From a bacterium (GTDB taxonomy: Bacteria > SAR324 > NAC60-12): DNA of 64,000 bases. The position numbers and the translations under genes were made by a program. The notes below the pieces were generated by a model, which was not told the origin of the DNA, ran no database searches, and was given only the letters and a program-made list of their open reading frames with translations. The stretch covers positions 3,552,001 to 3,616,000 of the forward strand of contig OZ242383.1 of NCBI GenBank assembly GCA_965209155.1, read 5' to 3'. Positions 18,930 to 28,416 of this stretch are shown one piece after another (the stretch's first letter is position 1; each line of letters opens with the position of its first letter).

Positions 18930-19498
18930 AGTCATCACCACCGGCAGAGCCGGTGGCTTGAAGAGGCCCCCAGTATGAGGGCAAAACGTGTTCGTCATCG
19001 TAAGACGTGCTCGTGCTCGTGAACGAAAAAGGCTGCCATGTTAGATCATGAAAAACTCGATGTATACCAATGTTCCATCGAATTTTTAGCGTTATCTGTC
19101 CAAGTCATCGAAACATTGCCAAAAGGATACTCAGCCTTAGTTGACCAACTGAAAAGGGCCTCATGGTCGATTCCTCTCAATATCGCAGAAGGCTGTGGAA
19201 AAAATTCCTTTCCTGACAAGCAACGATTCTATGCATTGGCCCGAGGTTTCGCAATGGAATGCGCTGCTATTCTCGATGTTTTAAACGTGTTGAAGATCAT
19301 CCAGCCTCCTTTATTTGACGAAGGGAAACAGTTACTTCATCGCATTGTTTCTATGTTAACCAAAATCTGCCGTCGAATTCACTGACCGTTCACGAGCACG
19401 AGCACGGCTCACGGACACGGATACGTTTCTCATGTCTGACCGGCAAAGCCTATTAGGTTCGCACCAGCAGAGTTGGTGGTTTAATGAGATTAATTAAA
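18930..19498 (-). mobile_element. Transposase-less IS200/IS605-like element carrying a four-helix-bundle gene (copy 1)
   Basis: Near-identical inverted copy at 47920-48488 with unrelated flanks; subterminal hairpins ccaccggcagagccggtgg and caccagcagagttggtg. Confidence 0.75.
19038..19385 (+). CDS. Four-helix bundle protein (23S rRNA IVS protein / Avd-like family)
   Basis: HEKLDVYQ, DQLKRASWSIPLNIAEG, RFYALARG, IVSMLTK. Confidence 0.9.
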   Translation: MLDHEKLDVYQCSIEFLALSVQVIETLPKGYSALVDQLKRASWSIPLNIAEGCGKNSFPDKQRFYALARGFAMECAAILDVLNVLKIIQPPLFDEGKQLLHRIVSMLTKICRRIH

Positions 19499-19528
19499 TT
19501 TCAACTCCTGATTCGCATATCACTTTGT

Positions 19529-19909
19529 TTATTTTACAACAGTTGACGGGATATTGGGACTGTTTGGATTGACCGTCACTTTTCGTAATCGGGGATTGAT
19601 GATTAAATCCATATCTTCCAGGGGAACCGAACCCAACAATACGGAATCACCCATCATCAAAGCGCCGGTGAAGCAATTACGGTTTTCAAAATGTACCTGA
19701 AGGGGACCTGCGTAAGGAACCGTGATCACCCTCCCATCTGCAGTCGTAACTTCGCTTTTTTCCAACTCATTCAGTTGCAATTGGATAACGATCCGTTCCG
19801 GAATACAAACCGTAACGGCGTCCGTATCAACGAGAGCCTTCACTCTAACTGGTTTTAAAGCGCTTTTTTTCGGATTTATCAATTCGATATCCGTGTAAAT
19901 CAATCCCAC
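19529..19909 (-). CDS. Clan AA (retropepsin-like) aspartic protease with variant DTD motif
   Basis: GLIYTDIELINP, VKALVDTDA, LLGSVPLEDMDL; GTG start inferred. Confidence 0.75.
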   Translation of the reverse strand: MGLIYTDIELINPKKSALKPVRVKALVDTDAVTVCIPERIVIQLQLNELEKSEVTTADGRVITVPYAGPLQVHFENRNCFTGALMMGDSVLLGSVPLEDMDLIINPRLRKVTVNPNSPNIPSTVVK

Positions 19910-20304
19910 AAATTTTCTCGCGGAATAATTCGGGTCGAGATGAATTTTCCGCCATCCTTTCCCATTACCTGGATTCAGTTGCTTCTGCCTTTCAATCCTT
20001 TTCGATTTTTTACGACTTGTCTTTCCTGCCGAACAGTCAGCGCGGCGTATTTTGCGCGACATTCATGTTTTAACGGACAATACCGTCACGTGTCAAGAGA
20101 CACGTCAAAAATGTTGAAAAAAATCAGCATAGCGGAGTGATCGAGCCCTGGTCCGGATGCGGCGCGTCACTTGACTTGTTCTCGCGCCCGTGGGAAGTTG
20201 ATTTGATTGGAAGCGGCAATGGTTGTGGATTTGCATGTCTTGAATCATGCATCGCACTTTGCCGGTATTTTCGGAATCTTCAAAATATTAAGACACGCGT
20301 CTTC

Positions 20305-21519
20305 ATGAAACCGACCTATTCTCCTCCTGATTTAGTACCGTTGAGTAATCTTTTACCCACCGAACCCTTGTTGCTGATGGGCGCGGGCCCGGTTCCGCTC
20401 CCCTATGCGGTTGCCCAGGCGAACAGCGTGGTCATCAGTCATCTCGGTGAAACCATGGACGCGGTGGTGAAAAGGGTCAAAACAATGGCTCAATACGCCT
20501 TCCAGACCAGCTCGGATAAAATCATCGGGGTGGCCGGTCCTTCCTCCGCGTCGATGGAGATGGCCATCACCAATTTGTTGTGGCCGGGAAGAAAAGCCCT
20601 GGTCCTGGCCACCGGAACCTTCAGCGGGCGCTTCGGGGAGATGGCGCGTGGCGTGGGAGCGGAGGTCACCATCCTGAAATCTGAGACCGCTAAGCCCGTG
20701 ACCGCTGAAATGGTCAGCTCGGCTCTCGAAAAAGACCATTTTGACGTGGTGACGCTGGTGCAGGGAGAAACCTCTTCGGGCGTTTTGAACAAAGAGATGC
20801 CGGAAATCACTTGTCTCGCCAAGCAGCATGGGGCTCTGGTAATCGTCGACGCGGTCTGTACGCTGACCACAATGCCCATGCCCATGGATCAATGGCAGGT
20901 CGACGTGCTGATCACCGGGGGGCAAAAAGGTCTTTCTTCGATTCCGGGCGTTTCCATCCTGGCATTTTCAGCAGCAGCCTGGGAAGTGATCGAAAAACGC
21001 AACGCGCCAGTGCCGCACTGGTGTCTCGATGCGAAGCTGGCTCAACGTTTTTGGGGGAACCAGCAGTACCATTACACCGCGCCGGTGCCTGGAATTCTGG
21101 CCCTCCACGAGGCATTGCGATTGATTTGTCTGGAAACGCTGGAAAAACGCTTCGAGCGTCACCACATGAGTTCCACCGCCTTACAAGCCGGGATCGAGGC
21201 GATGGGATTGCGCCTCTTCGTTCCCCGGGAATACCGCTTGAATGCCGTCGTATCGATTGCGCTACCCGAAGGAATTGAAAGCGTCCGTTTGCGCAAGTAC
21301 ATGTCGGACGTCTTTCACGTGGAAATTGCCGGGGCCTTCGGTCTCAATATCGTACGCATCGGACAGATGGGGGAACAATGCCGCTCGCACAATTTGTTCA
21401 AAGTCTTATACGCCCTGGGAATGAGTTTCAAGCAGGTAGGACTGGAATTGAACGTCAGCGCCGGTATGGCCACCCTGGAAGAAAACCTGGTGCAGGATTC
21501 CGAACATTTCGTAGACTGA
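20305..21519 (+). CDS. Class V PLP aminotransferase (alanine-glyoxylate/serine-pyruvate type)
   Basis: LMGAGP, ETSSG, IVDAV, TGGQKG, YHYT, RIGQMG. Confidence 0.9.
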   Translation: MKPTYSPPDLVPLSNLLPTEPLLLMGAGPVPLPYAVAQANSVVISHLGETMDAVVKRVKTMAQYAFQTSSDKIIGVAGPSSASMEMAITNLLWPGRKALVLATGTFSGRFGEMARGVGAEVTILKSETAKPVTAEMVSSALEKDHFDVVTLVQGETSSGVLNKEMPEITCLAKQHGALVIVDAVCTLTTMPMPMDQWQVDVLITGGQKGLSSIPGVSILAFSAAAWEVIEKRNAPVPHWCLDAKLAQRFWGNQQYHYTAPVPGILALHEALRLICLETLEKRFERHHMSSTALQAGIEAMGLRLFVPREYRLNAVVSIALPEGIESVRLRKYMSDVFHVEIAGAFGLNIVRIGQMGEQCRSHNLFKVLYALGMSFKQVGLELNVSAGMATLEENLVQDSEHFVD

Positions 21520-21531
21520 AGGGATGCCACT

Positions 21532-22983
21532 TTGAACCCGCTGAGCGCTCAACCTGCGTTGTCCCGCTCCATTTCAAAAACGAAATCAGACGTGGAAGCC
21601 ATACAGCTTTTCTTTGACAAGGGAACGCTCCTGCTCGCCAACCTACCGGAAACGCTGCTGCCTTTGCTTCCCGGAATGGAATGGGACAAACGCACTCGAA
21701 ACCACCGCGCCCCTGCTTATTGCTACCGTGATATCTTGCTGGTATTGAAGGATCACCACGTGCTCTTCGAAGACCATGCCCGTCAATTCGAATCCCGGGA
21801 CTTTCCTTTGCAAAAAACGGTCGAAGCGCGCCCCTACCAACAGGCGGCCATGCGAGCCTGGCAGGGGCAGGGATCGCTCGGCATCGTGGCCTTACCGACA
21901 GGCTCCGGTAAAACGCTGCTGGCCGTGTTGCTCATTGAAAAAACCCGGCGTCCCACCTTGGTTCACGTGCCCACCATCGACCTGATGCAACAATGGCATT
22001 CGGTGCTCCGGCAGTACTTTGCCACGGAGATCGGTTTGTTGGGTGGGGGTTATCACGAATTCCAACCTCTGACGGTGGCAACTTACGATTCGGCCTTATT
22101 GCACGTGGCCCACAAAGGCAATCGCTTCGGGTTGGTCATCTTTGACGAATGCCACCATTTGCCCGGAGAACAGTATCAATACGCGGCAATCAGCAGCATC
22201 GCTCCTTTTCGACTCGGTTTGACCGCCACTCCGGAAGGCGACGAGGAGCGTACTTCCTTGTTGTACAAGCTCTCCGGACCCTTGTGCTACCAGGCGCATA
22301 TCCATGAATTGGAGGGAAAAACTCTGGCTCCTTACCAGGTGGTTACCTTGCGTGTGGAAATGAGCAGGGAGGAACGGGTAGAATATGAAATCGCTCGCAA
22401 AATTTACACCGATTTCTTAAGGCAAGAACGAATCGTTTTCAGCCATCCCAATAGCTGGAGCAGGTTCATCTGGAAAGCAAGTCGCACTCCGCAAGGACGC
22501 GAAGCCTTCAAAGCCTACCGTACCCAAAAACAACTGAGCCAGGCGTCTGCAGCAAAAATCGAAAGAATCTGGCAATTGATTCAGCAGCATCGTGGAGATC
22601 GCATCATTGTTTTCACCCACGACAACGAAATGGCCTATCGCATCGGCAATCTCTTTGTTCTTCCCGTCCTCACCCACCATACCAAAATGAAAGAACGCGA
22701 AGATTTCCTGCAATCCTTCCGCGAAGGAACCTACTCGATCCTGGTGACTTCGAAAGTGCTCAATGAAGGAGTGGACGTCCCTGAAGCCAACGTGGCCATC
22801 GTGGTTTCCGGAAGTGGTAGCGTGAGAGAGCACGTGCAGCGTCTCGGACGCATCCTACGGGGACGACCGGGAAAACAGGCATACCTCTATGAACTGGTCT
22901 CTAAAAGAACCGGGGAACACTACGTCAACGAAAGACGACGCCGGCACCGGGCCTACCAAAACAACAACCAATCCTCCCCCTGA
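21532..22983 (+). CDS. XPB/Rad25-like SF2 helicase
   Basis: RPYQ, LPTGSGKT, DECHH, GLTAT, NEGVDVP, QRLGRILR; start may be GTG 21592. Confidence 0.9.
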   Translation: MNPLSAQPALSRSISKTKSDVEAIQLFFDKGTLLLANLPETLLPLLPGMEWDKRTRNHRAPAYCYRDILLVLKDHHVLFEDHARQFESRDFPLQKTVEARPYQQAAMRAWQGQGSLGIVALPTGSGKTLLAVLLIEKTRRPTLVHVPTIDLMQQWHSVLRQYFATEIGLLGGGYHEFQPLTVATYDSALLHVAHKGNRFGLVIFDECHHLPGEQYQYAAISSIAPFRLGLTATPEGDEERTSLLYKLSGPLCYQAHIHELEGKTLAPYQVVTLRVEMSREERVEYEIARKIYTDFLRQERIVFSHPNSWSRFIWKASRTPQGREAFKAYRTQKQLSQASAAKIERIWQLIQQHRGDRIIVFTHDNEMAYRIGNLFVLPVLTHHTKMKEREDFLQSFREGTYSILVTSKVLNEGVDVPEANVAIVVSGSGSVREHVQRLGRILRGRPGKQAYLYELVSKRTGEHYVNERRRRHRAYQNNNQSSP

Positions 22984-23014
22984 GACCTGCGGCGAGACTC
23001 CACTTTCTCCTGGA

Positions 23015-23229
23015 GGTCGGGTTGTTCATAGACAGTCACTCCTTCTCGAAGGGCGGCGTGGAGTACGCTTCCCACCACGTCACCTCGATTCGCGATTTCA
23101 TCCGGCGTGGTCACCACGATGTCCTTACTGACAGGGAGGTCGCCTAGAGATCGTCTTATCTCTCATGGTAGAAATGATTATCTCAACGGTCATTGCGTAG
23201 TCTCTTCATCGCGGATAAAGGATGTTTGC
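23015..23229 (-). pseudogene. Internally deleted copy of the MNT gene and its flanks at ~38635-38990
   Basis: Direct match, e.g. tcatccggcgtggtcaccacgatgtccttactga and agatcgtcttatctct, joined to gtagaaatgat..tctcaa.ggtcattgcg. Confidence 0.85.
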
Positions 23230-23407
23230 GAAAAAAACAAGGATATTTTTACAACTCTCATTCCAATGTGATGAATTGCTTCTTCCTTTTTGAAATCTTT
23301 AAAATTTATGAATTATTTTTGAAAAATAGTTTACATCTTGTTAGCACTCACTTATATTGAGTGCTAATAATTTAATTCATAATCATATAATATTTCAGAA
23401 AAGGAAT

Positions 23408-24769
23408 GCATTGAACAATTCAGGTCATCAAACACAATTACCGAAACTCTTTCTGATTTGGAGTCTTTTGTTGGGCGTGGCATTGATCTCAATCGGCAGT
23501 GGGATGCAAGGCACCCTGCTGGGACTGAGGGCCTCTTTAGAAGACTTCAGCATAGACTCCATCGGCTTCATTATGTCGGTATTCTATATCGGCTTTCTCC
23601 TGGCTTCAAGAGTCGTGCCCGGCTGGGTGCGATTAGTAGGGCATATCCGCGTGTTTGCCGCCCTGGGTTCGATCGCGTCAGTAGCCATTCTCTTACATTC
23701 CACCATCATCGACCCGGCGATGTGGTCCTTGTTCCGCGCGTTGACGGGATTTTGCCTGTCCGGCCTGTACATGGTCTCGGAAAGTTGGCTGAACGCGATC
23801 ACCGGCAACGAGAACAGGGGTCGACTGCTGGCTGCGCACGTGTTCACCACCACGCTGGGATTCATCGGCGGGCAATTCCTGACAACACTGGCGTCCCCAC
23901 TGGGATTCGAATTGTTCATTTTTACCTCAGTCGTGCTGTCCGTTTCCATTGTACCTATGTTGCTGAGCGGGATTTCCGCTCCTTCGATTGCCTACGCGCA
24001 GCATATGGAGTTGTCCCGGTTGATCCGGCTGGCCCCCCTGGGTACCCTGGGCGTATTCGTACACGGCCTCACCTGTGGAGCCGTCGTATGGTTGACCGCG
24101 GTATTCGGTCAGCAAAGTGGTTTTAGCGCTGCTGAAAGCGCACTGATGGTCGGTATCCTCCTGTTCGGGGGGCTGGTGCTGATGCTGCCCGTCGGCAGAC
24201 TGTCCGATCGCCAGGACCGCCGTCGAACCTTGCTGGTATTGTCGGTTCTCGCCATTTGCGCGAGTCTTCTGGTACCCTTTGCCGCATGGTCTGGCAGGCT
24301 GTGGCTTCTGGTGGGCCTGTTGTTCCTGGTTGGCGGTACCATCTTGCCGTTTTATTCGGTCTCCATTTCCTTCATCAATGATCACGTGAGGAGCGAACAG
24401 ATCCTTTCGGTCAGCGGCAGTATTTTCTTTATCAGTGGCTTCGGTGGGCTTTTCGGTCCCCTGCTCAGTTCCCAAGCCATGAAATTCTTCGGTCCCGGCA
24501 GCCTGTTTATTTTTATAGCGCTGTTTTACATGCTGATGGCCGCCTACACGGTCTATCGTATGTCCGTGCGTGCCCCTATTTCCGCAGAAGATCAGTCCCA
24601 GGGTACAGTCATTATGATGCAAACCTCCCAGGTCATCGTTACGGAAGCCATGGATGAAACCGATCAGGGGGACCCGCTGGCACTAAAGAAGAGAGGCACC
24701 AATGCACAAAGGCACAAAGGGACAAAGGAAGAGAGGGGACTTGTGAAGGAACTGGTAACTGATAACTGA
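23408..24769 (+). CDS. MFS transporter (YcaD-like); C-terminal tail derived from repeat DNA
   Basis: About 12 hydrophobic segments, GHIRVF, ESWLN, GRLSDRQDRR; start uncertain. Confidence 0.85.
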   Translation, partial: ALNNSGHQTQLPKLFLIWSLLLGVALISIGSGMQGTLLGLRASLEDFSIDSIGFIMSVFYIGFLLASRVVPGWVRLVGHIRVFAALGSIASVAILLHSTIIDPAMWSLFRALTGFCLSGLYMVSESWLNAITGNENRGRLLAAHVFTTTLGFIGGQFLTTLASPLGFELFIFTSVVLSVSIVPMLLSGISAPSIAYAQHMELSRLIRLAPLGTLGVFVHGLTCGAVVWLTAVFGQQSGFSAAESALMVGILLFGGLVLMLPVGRLSDRQDRRRTLLVLSVLAICASLLVPFAAWSGRLWLLVGLLFLVGGTILPFYSVSISFINDHVRSEQILSVSGSIFFISGFGGLFGPLLSSQAMKFFGPGSLFIFIALFYMLMAAYTVYRMSVRAPISAEDQSQGTVIMMQTSQVIVTEAMDETDQGDPLALKKRGTNAQRHKGTKEERGLVKELVTDN

Positions 24770-25088
24770 CAACTGGTGCTAAAGCGCCAAGGCACAAAAG
24801 AAGAGAGGCACAAAGGCACAAAGGCACAAAGGCACAAAGGAAGAGAGAAGCGCGAAGGAATTGATAACTGATTACTGTTAATTGACAACTGACAACTGAC
24901 AACCGATAACTGATAACTGGCGCTAAGGCGCCTAGGCACAAAGGGACAAAGGAAGAGAGGGGACTTGTGAAGGAACTGGTAACTGATAACTGACAACTGG
25001 TGCTAAAGCGCCAAGGCACAAAGGCACAAAGGGACAAAGGAAGAGAGGGGACTTGTGAAGGAACTGGTAACTGATAACTGATAACCGA
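24690..25088. repeat. Tandem composite repeat (GGCACAAA and AACTGAY short repeats within three ~80-bp units)
   Basis: gggacaaaggaagagaggggacttgtgaaggaactggtaactgataactga occurs three times. Confidence 0.85.
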
Positions 25089-25279
25089 CCATTAGACTGC
25101 TTTCCTCCCCACGAATCAATCGGGGGGGATATTTGGCACATCGAAAAAAACAGGAAGAGATTCAGGCAAACATTCTGTGTGGTGGAGATTGCCATGTTTT
25201 CTCTTCCCAAGGCTTGACCTCATTTCTTCTGGCAGAGTTCCAGACTGGCAGACATACACACTGGAATACTTCGCACGAC

Positions 25280-25858
25280 TCAGATTTCCCAGTTCGACGC
25301 ATAGGAGCGGTTCATGAGCCGCTCCGCAAGTTCAATCAGTACAGACAGTGACTTGTTTAACCTGGCCGTCGTCGCGTCGTCGAGGTCTCCTCCGTCACCC
25401 CAATTTCCGTCGTGGGCATACACATTATACGGGCTGACAATGCACTTGAAGTCCAGCATCAGGGATGTTGCCAGCGACGTATACGCCATATAGCTGTGCG
25501 GTATGCCACCAGAATTGACAAACATAACAACCTTGTCAAAGAAAGCGCCTCGGAGCGACCCGTCTGGTGGCGTAGAGCCTATATACTCCACGAATTTCTT
25601 GATCTCAGCGCAACACGCCCAGTTATATACCGGACTGGCCAATATCAGCGCATCAGCTCCCGCAATGATCCTGTGACACGATAGGTAAACCTCGGATGCG
25701 TAAATCTCGTCGTCGTCGAAATTTGGCGGATTGAGTAGTCGAAGATCGATAAAGTCAACTGAATGCCCCAGTTCCTTTAGTGCGGTCCGACACATGGCAG
25801 CAAGTACCCTGCTGCGACTACCGGCATCGAGACTGCTGCTGACGACTGAAATCCTCAT
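25280..25858 (-). CDS. NADPH-dependent FMN reductase (flavoprotein)
   Basis: SSSLDAGSRS, ADALILASPVYN, FFDK; ATGA overlap with upstream ORF. Confidence 0.85.
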   Translation of the reverse strand: MRISVVSSSLDAGSRSRVLAAMCRTALKELGHSVDFIDLRLLNPPNFDDDEIYASEVYLSCHRIIAGADALILASPVYNWACCAEIKKFVEYIGSTPPDGSLRGAFFDKVVMFVNSGGIPHSYMAYTSLATSLMLDFKCIVSPYNVYAHDGNWGDGGDLDDATTARLNKSLSVLIELAERLMNRSYASNWEI

Positions 25859-26313
25859 TTGAAACTTCCCTCGTGACCGGCTTGATTCGTATAGCCTCCA
25901 CGAATGGCTTCGAATAATCCTGATTCGATCAACCATTTTTGACTATCTTGTATAAAATCCTGACCAGAAGTCCCTAAAATTTCGCTTAACCAAGACACAA
26001 CGATCAATTCAAAATTCTTTCCACTTATTTTTTCCAATGACAGACCGGATTTTTCGTAATACGGTTGCAAGAATGGTCCTGGTTCAATCTCATAAGTTGG
26101 CATGATTACTTCTGGTACGATTCCATTATCTTTCCATAGATAAAAATGATCGGGAAGCCCCAGCAGAAAGAAAGGAGTGCTCGGGAGCAACCCATGAGCA
26201 AGAATATTCCGGCGCATTTTCGCCGCCCATTGAGAAGAAGTCCCCAATTTACTCTTTATCTCCACAACAAGGGTTAGCTGCCCGTTGGTATCGTAAGCTA
26301 CTATATCGGCCAT
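25855..26313 (-). CDS. Hypothetical protein with PD-(D/E)XK-like motif
   Basis: ADIVAYD...LVVEIKSK; may be 5'-truncated. Confidence 0.55.
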   Translation of the reverse strand: MADIVAYDTNGQLTLVVEIKSKLGTSSQWAAKMRRNILAHGLLPSTPFFLLGLPDHFYLWKDNGIVPEVIMPTYEIEPGPFLQPYYEKSGLSLEKISGKNFELIVVSWLSEILGTSGQDFIQDSQKWLIESGLFEAIRGGYTNQAGHEGSFK

Positions 26314-26577
26314 CTGTTGTATATTATTACCTATTTTAATTCTGGTGTTAACAATTTGAGTAAATTACCATTTCCATGTTTGATTGTCATCTATTTGCAG
26401 GATTTTTGAAATTACACCCTGAAATTTTCAGAAACATGGCATTTCTGCAATTCTACAGCGTTTAATCGGAAATTCGGCAGGATACTGATGTAATCCCCAT
26501 CGGGCGTCACGATGTGGGTCGGGCCGTTGTCGTTCCCGCTCCAGCGACCGTTCAATGGGTCAGGGATTCGCTGAGGG

Positions 26578-27009
26578 CTAGCACCCAATGCATCGAGAAT
26601 CCAGTGAACCAAGTTCACCGAGCAGTTCCACAATCTCTTCATACTGTTGACGGTCTGGCAACTCCGGGTATTCCTCGAACCCTCCGGAAGCGCCTTTGAG
26701 GGCCACCCGCATTCCGCTATCGAGGCTGGCGCCGCGCGAAATCAGCAACGGGATCAGCACCCTTCGCGCGTAGACGACTGCATAGTCGAGCGGCGTGGCA
26801 TCGCGATCCCGGTCCCGGAGGGTGAGATCCGCCCCGTGGTTCAGTAGCACCTCGACCGCGCCTCGTTTGTCTTGGTAGATCGCCCAGTGAATCGGAGGGG
26901 GCGCCTCCCCGGCGGCGTTGACGAGACCGGGACGCATTGTCAGCAGTTGCTCGATCCGGTCAACGTCATCGGCTTCGATTGCAGCGTACAAATCCTCAGT
27001 ATCGGGCAA
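26578..27009 (-). CDS. Ankyrin repeat protein
   Basis: PPIHWAI...VEVLLNHGAD, ATPLDYAV...LLISRGA; TTG start inferred. Confidence 0.8.
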   Translation of the reverse strand: MPDTEDLYAAIEADDVDRIEQLLTMRPGLVNAAGEAPPPIHWAIYQDKRGAVEVLLNHGADLTLRDRDRDATPLDYAVVYARRVLIPLLISRGASLDSGMRVALKGASGGFEEYPELPDRQQYEEIVELLGELGSLDSRCIGC

Positions 27010-27055
27010 GACGTCTTCTTTTATTGAGAGTCGGATTATTAAATACAATGATTTG

Positions 27056-27160
27056 TCATACTGGTCCCGGATCATCCTGGACTCGATCCGGGACCAGGAT
27101 GATCCGGCATCCATAATATCGTCCGTATCCCCCTGGATTCCTGAGCAGATCAGGAATGAC
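27056..27160. repeat. Composite nested REP-like palindrome
   Basis: Inverted homolog of 18818-18921. Confidence 0.75.
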
Positions 27161-28416
27161 ACGTATATTCAATTCCTAATTTGCGTATTTTTTATAAATC
27201 TATCCAACTGTCAATAAAATCCGGACTGTTTTAAGGGATATATCATATTCAAAATACTGGGTAGTGTCTCAGTTTGAAAATTGATTTTTCAGAATAAGAA
27301 ACGCCGCAACTTAAACGAAGCAACGACCTTACAATATACTTTACTGGAGTATATTGTATTATAAGCAATATACACAAAAGCAGGTAACTCTTTCTTGCCT
27401 CGTTCACCATTTCTGGTAGAATTTTGAATATTCAGCATCTTGCGCTGCGTCGAAAACACGTTCAACGGATTCCGGATATGCGTACATTTACTTTCTGTTT
27501 GATCTTTCTGGTAGCAGCTTCCCTTCCATTTACCCTACACTCAAGTGAGTTAATCAAGGTGGCGAGTTGGAATATTGCAAATCTTCACCACGAGCCTGGA
27601 GTACCCCTGCGGTTCAAAGGGGTACAACGTGATGAGATAGACTATCAGCGTCTCCGTCAAGTGATCGAAGACTTGGATGCCGATATTCTGGCATTGCAGG
27701 AAATCGGCTCTCCTGCTGCACTGGGCCGGATCGTTCCGGAGGAGAAATACCACCTGATCGTTTCAGGTCGTTATCAACAGGGCAACGAATCACTCCCTCC
27801 TCAACAACGCGATATTTTTGTCGCCTTTGCGATTTCAAAGAAAACCTTCCCCCGACTTCCCAAGGTTCAAACCCTGGACGCGCTGTCGATCTGGCACCTG
27901 GACTTGTACAATGGGAAAACAGTGGAGCGAAAGACGCGGGCTGCGATGGTCGTCGAATTCGAATTGGAAGGACTCCCGGTCAAATTGCTGGCCGTGCACC
28001 TCAAATCGTTTTGTCATGGGTGGCCCCTGTTTCCGGTAGAAGATGAAGACTCCGAGACGAAAGTGGTATTCAATTCACGCTTCGCCTGCAGGACGCTTGT
28101 GGCGCAACATGCGATCCTGGAAAACTGGTTGGAACAACAGGCGGCGCAAGGCATCGCGACCATCGTGGCTGGTGACTTCAATCGCAGGATGAATCTCCCT
28201 TCCTCCGATTCTGGTGACGCGGATCACTTCTGGAAGGAACTCAACGACGGGAATCCCTCGGGTCTGGAATTCGTTAAGGGACCCAAAGGAAAGGATGATG
28301 TTTGCTGGCCGTTCCATGAGAAAAGATTCGAGGACCACATCGATTTCGTGGTGGTCGATAAGACCCTGCTGCGCAATGGACGATCGGTGGAATTTGTCAA
28401 GGTCAGCATGGGATAT

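Noticed and set aside
19038..19385. Diversity-generating retroelement (Avd)
   Set aside because: No reverse transcriptase and no TR/VR pair with adenine-specific differences
19910..20062. N-terminal extension of the protease or IS903-like fragment (WRKIHL)
   Set aside because: Only a six-residue resemblance; insufficient support
24639..25210. Hydrophobic minus-strand ORFs
   Set aside because: Translations of the short-repeat tract
27010..27162. N-terminal part of the ankyrin ORF
   Set aside because: Derived from the nested palindrome, not ankyrin-like
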